In this document: in pieces, positions 35,842 to 39,008 of the stretch
Layout: each line of letters opens with the position of its first letter
Numbering within the stretch: the first letter of the stretch is position 1
Assembly (NCBI RefSeq): GCF_001194135.2
Contig: NC_069002.1
Coordinates: 8,899,193-8,938,200 of the forward strand
Direction: 5' to 3'
Source of the DNA: Octopus bimaculoides
Lineage: Eukaryota
Length of the DNA: 39,008 nt
Translations under genes and position numbers: made by a program
Notes under the pieces: model-generated
What the model was told of the DNA's origin: nothing
What the model saw: only the letters and a program-made list of their open reading frames with translations
The model's database searches: none

Positions 35842-38764
35842 AGATAAACAGACACATACACACATATATACACAGGCACAAACACACTCGCTCACTCACA
35901 CACATACACACATCACATATTCACACACATCACACACACACACTCACACACATCGGGATGGAATTCATTTTGCCTACCTTGTATCCTGATAAATGTTGAA
36001 ATATATAAGACTTGGTATAATCTAGAGAAATGTAATTTGGAACGCTAAGAGCTGTCAAAAACACCGCCAAAAACATCAGATACCCACAAACGCACAGTGA
36101 ATAATATGTTTGTGTATGCACGCATACATAAATAGATACATGCATGCATGCATGTGTATCTAACTTCTATAAGGTCTTTTCCAATTCCTTGAATGTCGAG
36201 TTTACATGATAATGTCAATGCAGGAAAAATATCTGACTACAGAACCAAGTTTCCCATATGGAATATGTAATGGATTGTCAAATACAGCTGTTCATTTACT
36301 TCTTTACAATAAACACAAACTATTCAATCCTCAATTACACAATAAACATAGACGTATGCATGTGTGTGCGCGTGTGTGTGTGTCATAGGCTTGTAAATAT
36401 CTTTGGATATGTATGTGCATGTATAATGAAAATTTGTAATAGAATACAGCGGAATCACAGTTTACAAATGCCTGTCACTATGATCAAATCAGTTTATGGA
36501 CAGTTTTTTCAAACACAAGACGTCTAGGTTGATTAACGGAATAACAAACACGCAAGCCTGCAGCAACAGCTGGCATCAGGGCTGGGGCTGTCTAGGTTTT
36601 GTTCCTTGCACATTCCTGCTCAAATTCAATGTGTTTCCTCTTGAATTTTCCATGGGACAAAATAGCTTCGGTTTACGAGCATTTCAGACAACAAACAGCC
36701 TTGAGGGATGTAAACACACCAACACCGGATGTCAAGCAGTGGAGTGAGGCAGAGAGACAAAACGCAAAGACAGATACATACACACATACATATATTCTAT
36801 TTGTTTCAGTCTTAAGACTGTGGCCATGCTGGGGCACAGCCTTGAAGAAATAAATCAACCTCAGAGCTTTTCTTTTTTGATTTTATTTATTTTTTTGTGT
36901 AACTCTTTTCATCCTTTACAACTTTTTCTTTTATTACCTCCTCCTTAGTGAAGGCAGAGGTATTTTTTTTAGTGATGTTTGTTTGTTTGTCCATGGAAAA
37001 GATATCTCAAGAACTGCTGGGTGGATTCAGATGATACTTTCAGGGATGTTTGGCCTCATGACTGGCATGAACTGATTAGATTTTAGAGAACGGTTGGGTT
37101 CATTTTTAGTATTCTCATTTGTGAGAGCAGTCGAGTTTATTTCAGATATTCTCATTTTAAAAATCATGTCTGGCTAATCATTGAGAGGACATTGATGTTG
37201 CCTTAGTGATAGTCTGTGCGCTCTGAGAGTGCTTGTTTTTAAACTTTGAACAAAAATCTTCCTTCTTTTCAGAAAGTGCCAAGTAGAAAAACCAAAAATG
37301 AACTTCTCTGACAATCTAATACTCTATTCCTTGGGTCTTGGTACCAGCTAATATAAATAATCACTATCTTAGACATGCTTCCTGGTTCTTTTATATAAAT
37401 TTTATCTCCTTTATTCCTTAGGTCGCGGTTTTGGCAGCATTCTCACAGGAGTACTATTTACCATAGTCGGTGGTCTCTGGACATGGAGAATCTACAGTAT
37501 AGCTGCATTCCTCATGATTCTTATAGTCATTCCTCTGCAGTGGTTCTTCTCAAGGCAAACTCAAAGAATGGAAGTTCCAGAACAAGCAAATAAATTTGAA
37601 AGTAAGTATAACGGAAAAGAACGGAATATGAAGTCGGAATAATTTATCACATTCATATCATCATTATTTCTAGGTCTGCTGAACAAGGATTGAACTTGGG
37701 ACCTATTTGTCTATATTTCCTCATTATTCTTGTGCATTTGTGTCAACATTCTGCATCCACTAACAGGGAACCTGAGCTGGGATTAGGCCATTATAAGATA
37801 GGTTACTTTTAACCTACCATTGCGTCACATGTCTGCAGCAGCCCAAGTCACTGGAAGCTGGGCAAGTACACTCGCGTATTGCTCATTGAGACACCTCTGG
37901 CTTACAATGGTGCCAGCAACATCAATTTAACTATAGCTATCCAGTCCAACACAAAAGAAACTGTCAGACCAGAGCAATGTGGGGTTACTCGATAGAGCAA
38001 TGATACTTCTGAACAATAATAGTTAAACACTGCTAAACCCGAATCATTGCCAAACCCAGGGCACATGCTTTAGCTCAGCATGTTCTCTCTGCACATCCTG
38101 TTATTCCATCTCCAATATTCTGCAAAAGCATATCTAGCCATGAAGAAATATTACCTTACCTGGAAACATGTGCAAGTTGACAACAGTAAAAGCATCCAGC
38201 TGTAGAAAATATGCTGCAAATAAGCTCATTGTACCCCATGGAAATGCAGATGCTAAATTATGCTAAATGATGATGATGATGGTACAGATTGTGATGTATA
38301 TACACAGATAGTGGTGTATCTATATTGTTGCTAACAATAAGTTGTCAAGCTTAATTATCATTATGTTGCTGAAGCTTAATTATTTTCTCACACATCTGAC
38401 TGCCTCAATTATTTTATCTATTTCTATGCTGAAAATTAAATATTTAGGAAGAGCTTAATGATAATTACACTTTTGGTCATAGACACAATTATATGAATGA
38501 TTTATGTGCTTTTTCTCTTTCGTGAACTAATTTAATTAAATTGATTCAGTCATTCAATAATTTTTTTTTTTTTTTTTTTTTTNNNNNNNNNNTTTTTTTT
38601 TTTTTTTCTTTTTAATATATATTACTTTTAATGATTTTAATTTAGATTTGGAAGATGGAACGGCAAATGAGTCAACAATAGAGAGATTATTAACCGAAGA
38701 ACATCAGTCACCAGAAACTAAGATTAAAGGCGGAAAGCTGACATGGACAAGAGATGAATTGTAA
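29913..38764 (+). CDS. MFSD6: MFSD6-like major facilitator superfamily transporter, spliced CDS join(29913..29994,30636..32162,37422..37601,38646..38764), 635 aa; family clear, exact orthology not established
   Basis: Manual splicing gives one open frame: 82+1527+180+119=1908 nt, all introns GT..AG and phase 1. MFSD6-family motifs: INKTLLPIKIFYFSFYSAIGFLLPFIPLYMKNLGLS, FLADRFQKHK, GHQRIWGTLGFG, EPFHGLSYGL, GLYFGLGRGFGSILTG. About 12 hydrophobic segments. Confidence 0.9.
30636..32162 (+). CDS. MFSD6: MFSD6-like coding exon 2 (bulk of the MFS domain and Cys-rich loop)
   Basis: Lies within ORF 30611..32191. Polypyrimidine tract + tgcag| acceptor ending 30635; donor TTAG|gtaagt at 32162/32163. 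Confidence 0.95.
32328..32548. repeat. Degenerate tandem duplication, period 126 bp, in intron 2
   Basis: gttatttctagcaactcctgtt at 32341 and 32467, with similarity extending ~90 bp. Confidence 0.85.
32820..34315. repeat. Microsatellite block: (TA)n(TG)n, (GTA/GGT)n, (CT)n, (CA)n
   Basis: Directly visible; interrupted by a SINE tail at 34003-34215. Confidence 0.9.
34003..34215 (-). mobile_element. SINE family A tail
   Basis: gactgcggccatgctgaagca..gtacttattctattgttctcttttgccaaactactaagttacg..caccaacac..ggggacaaacac. Confidence 0.8.
34594..34725 (+). mobile_element. SINE family A head
   Basis: caggtatggctgtgtggtgacgaagc..tgcatggcactttggtcagatgtcttctactacagcctc. Confidence 0.8.
34957..35233 (-). 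mobile_element. C2H2-type zinc-finger-coding fragment, most likely the ORF2 C-terminus of an RTE-clade LINE
   Basis: CSVCTRLCLSKAELKSHLCSH, CQVCRRECNSAGGLKRHAKVH and a truncated CRFCTRHCRS. The C-x2-C-x3-C-x-S-x2-GL-x2-H spacing resembles RTE C-terminal fingers; no TGEKP linkers. Confidence 0.65.
35255..35394 (-). mobile_element. SINE family A head
   Basis: ctaccaaatccact..tagtagaagaagcttgccca..ggttgcaaagcaaacttctttaaccacacagccatgcctg. Confidence 0.82.
36665..36860 (-). mobile_element. SINE family A tail fragments
   Basis: gatgtaaacacaccaacaccggatgtcaagc and tttgtttcagtcttaagactgtggccatgctggggcac. Confidence 0.72.
36931..37237 (+). mobile_element. DINE-1/HINE-like non-autonomous Helentron derivative
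   Basis: 5' subTIR ACCTCCTCC with nearby inverted copy GGCAGAGGT, (GTTT)n microsatellite, 3' hairpin GCGCTCT-G-AGAGTGC (37218-37232), T-rich flanks. Confidence 0.65.
37422..37601 (+). CDS. MFSD6: MFSD6-like coding exon 3 (GRGFGSILTGVLFTIVGGLWTWRIYSIAAFLMILIVIPLQWFFSRQTQRMEVPEQANKFE)
   Basis: Acceptor ttattccttag| at 37421, donor GAAA|gtaagt at 37601/37602. Continues the conserved GLYFGLG-RG.G motif of TM11-12. Confidence 0.92.
38170..38282 (+). mobile_element. Degenerate family E copy in intron 3
   Basis: aagcatccagctgtagaaaa..catggaaatgcagatgctaaa..(TGA)n. Confidence 0.6.
38646..38764 (+). CDS. MFSD6: MFSD6-like terminal coding exon 4 (NLEDGTANESTIERLLTEEHQSPETKIKGGKLTWTRDEL*)
   Basis: Long poly-T tract and tttag| acceptor at 38645. 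Phase-1 compatible, open 39 codons to TAA at 38762-38764. No family motif confirms this tail. Confidence 0.72.
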
Positions 38765-38835
38765 TGGTTCTCCCCACCCTCTTATCATTTAATGAGGACC
38801 ACAGGAAATTGTGCAACCATGTATATATATATATA

Positions 38836-38986
38836 TCATCATCATCATCATCATCGTTTAACGTCCGCTTTCCATGCTAGCATGGGTTGGACGATTTGAC
38901 TGAGGACTGGTGAAACCGGATGGCAACACCAGGCTCCAGTCTGATTTGGCAGAGTTTCTACAGCTGGATGCCCTTCCTAACGCCAA
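38836..38986 (-). mobile_element. Young RTE-tail SINE (family E) in (TA)n, 72 nt downstream of the MFSD6-like stop (likely 3'UTR)
   Basis: Reverse complement of 16186-16328; TA repeats on both sides. Confidence 0.92.
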
Positions 38987-39008
38987 TATATATATATATA
39001 TATATATA

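Noticed and set aside
38670-38695. Dileucine sorting signal ESTIERLL in the C-terminal tail
   Set aside because: Acidic residue spacing fits neither [DE]xxxL[LI] nor DxxLL.

Overview
Eukaryotic, AT-rich, microsatellite-dense scaffold with several N gaps. The SINE and LINE families look like those of an Octopus (cephalopod) genome; this is an inference from repeat content. One protein-coding gene is well supported. It is a 4-coding-exon MFSD6-like major facilitator transporter on the + strand, join(29913..29994,30636..32162,37422..37601,38646..38764), 1908 nt = 635 aa. All three introns are GT-AG and phase 1. It has a 12-Cys loop after TM3 and a C-terminal RDEL. The rest is transposon debris: several tRNA- and RTE-related SINE families, a Tigger/pogo 3' remnant with TIR, a mariner N-terminal fragment fused to an RTE reverse-transcriptase fragment, an RTE-type zinc-finger fragment and a DINE-1/HINE-like Helentron derivative. 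Most notable is a 119-bp, ~94% identical foldback at 26724-26982 whose left flank completes a Penelope-type minimal hammerhead ribozyme on the - strand. It is one of at least six long inverted repeats upstream of the coding exons, possibly all inside one ~24-kb 5'UTR intron. Nearly all other ORFs in the track are microsatellite or N-gap artefacts. No rRNA, bona fide tRNA or CRISPR array is seen.
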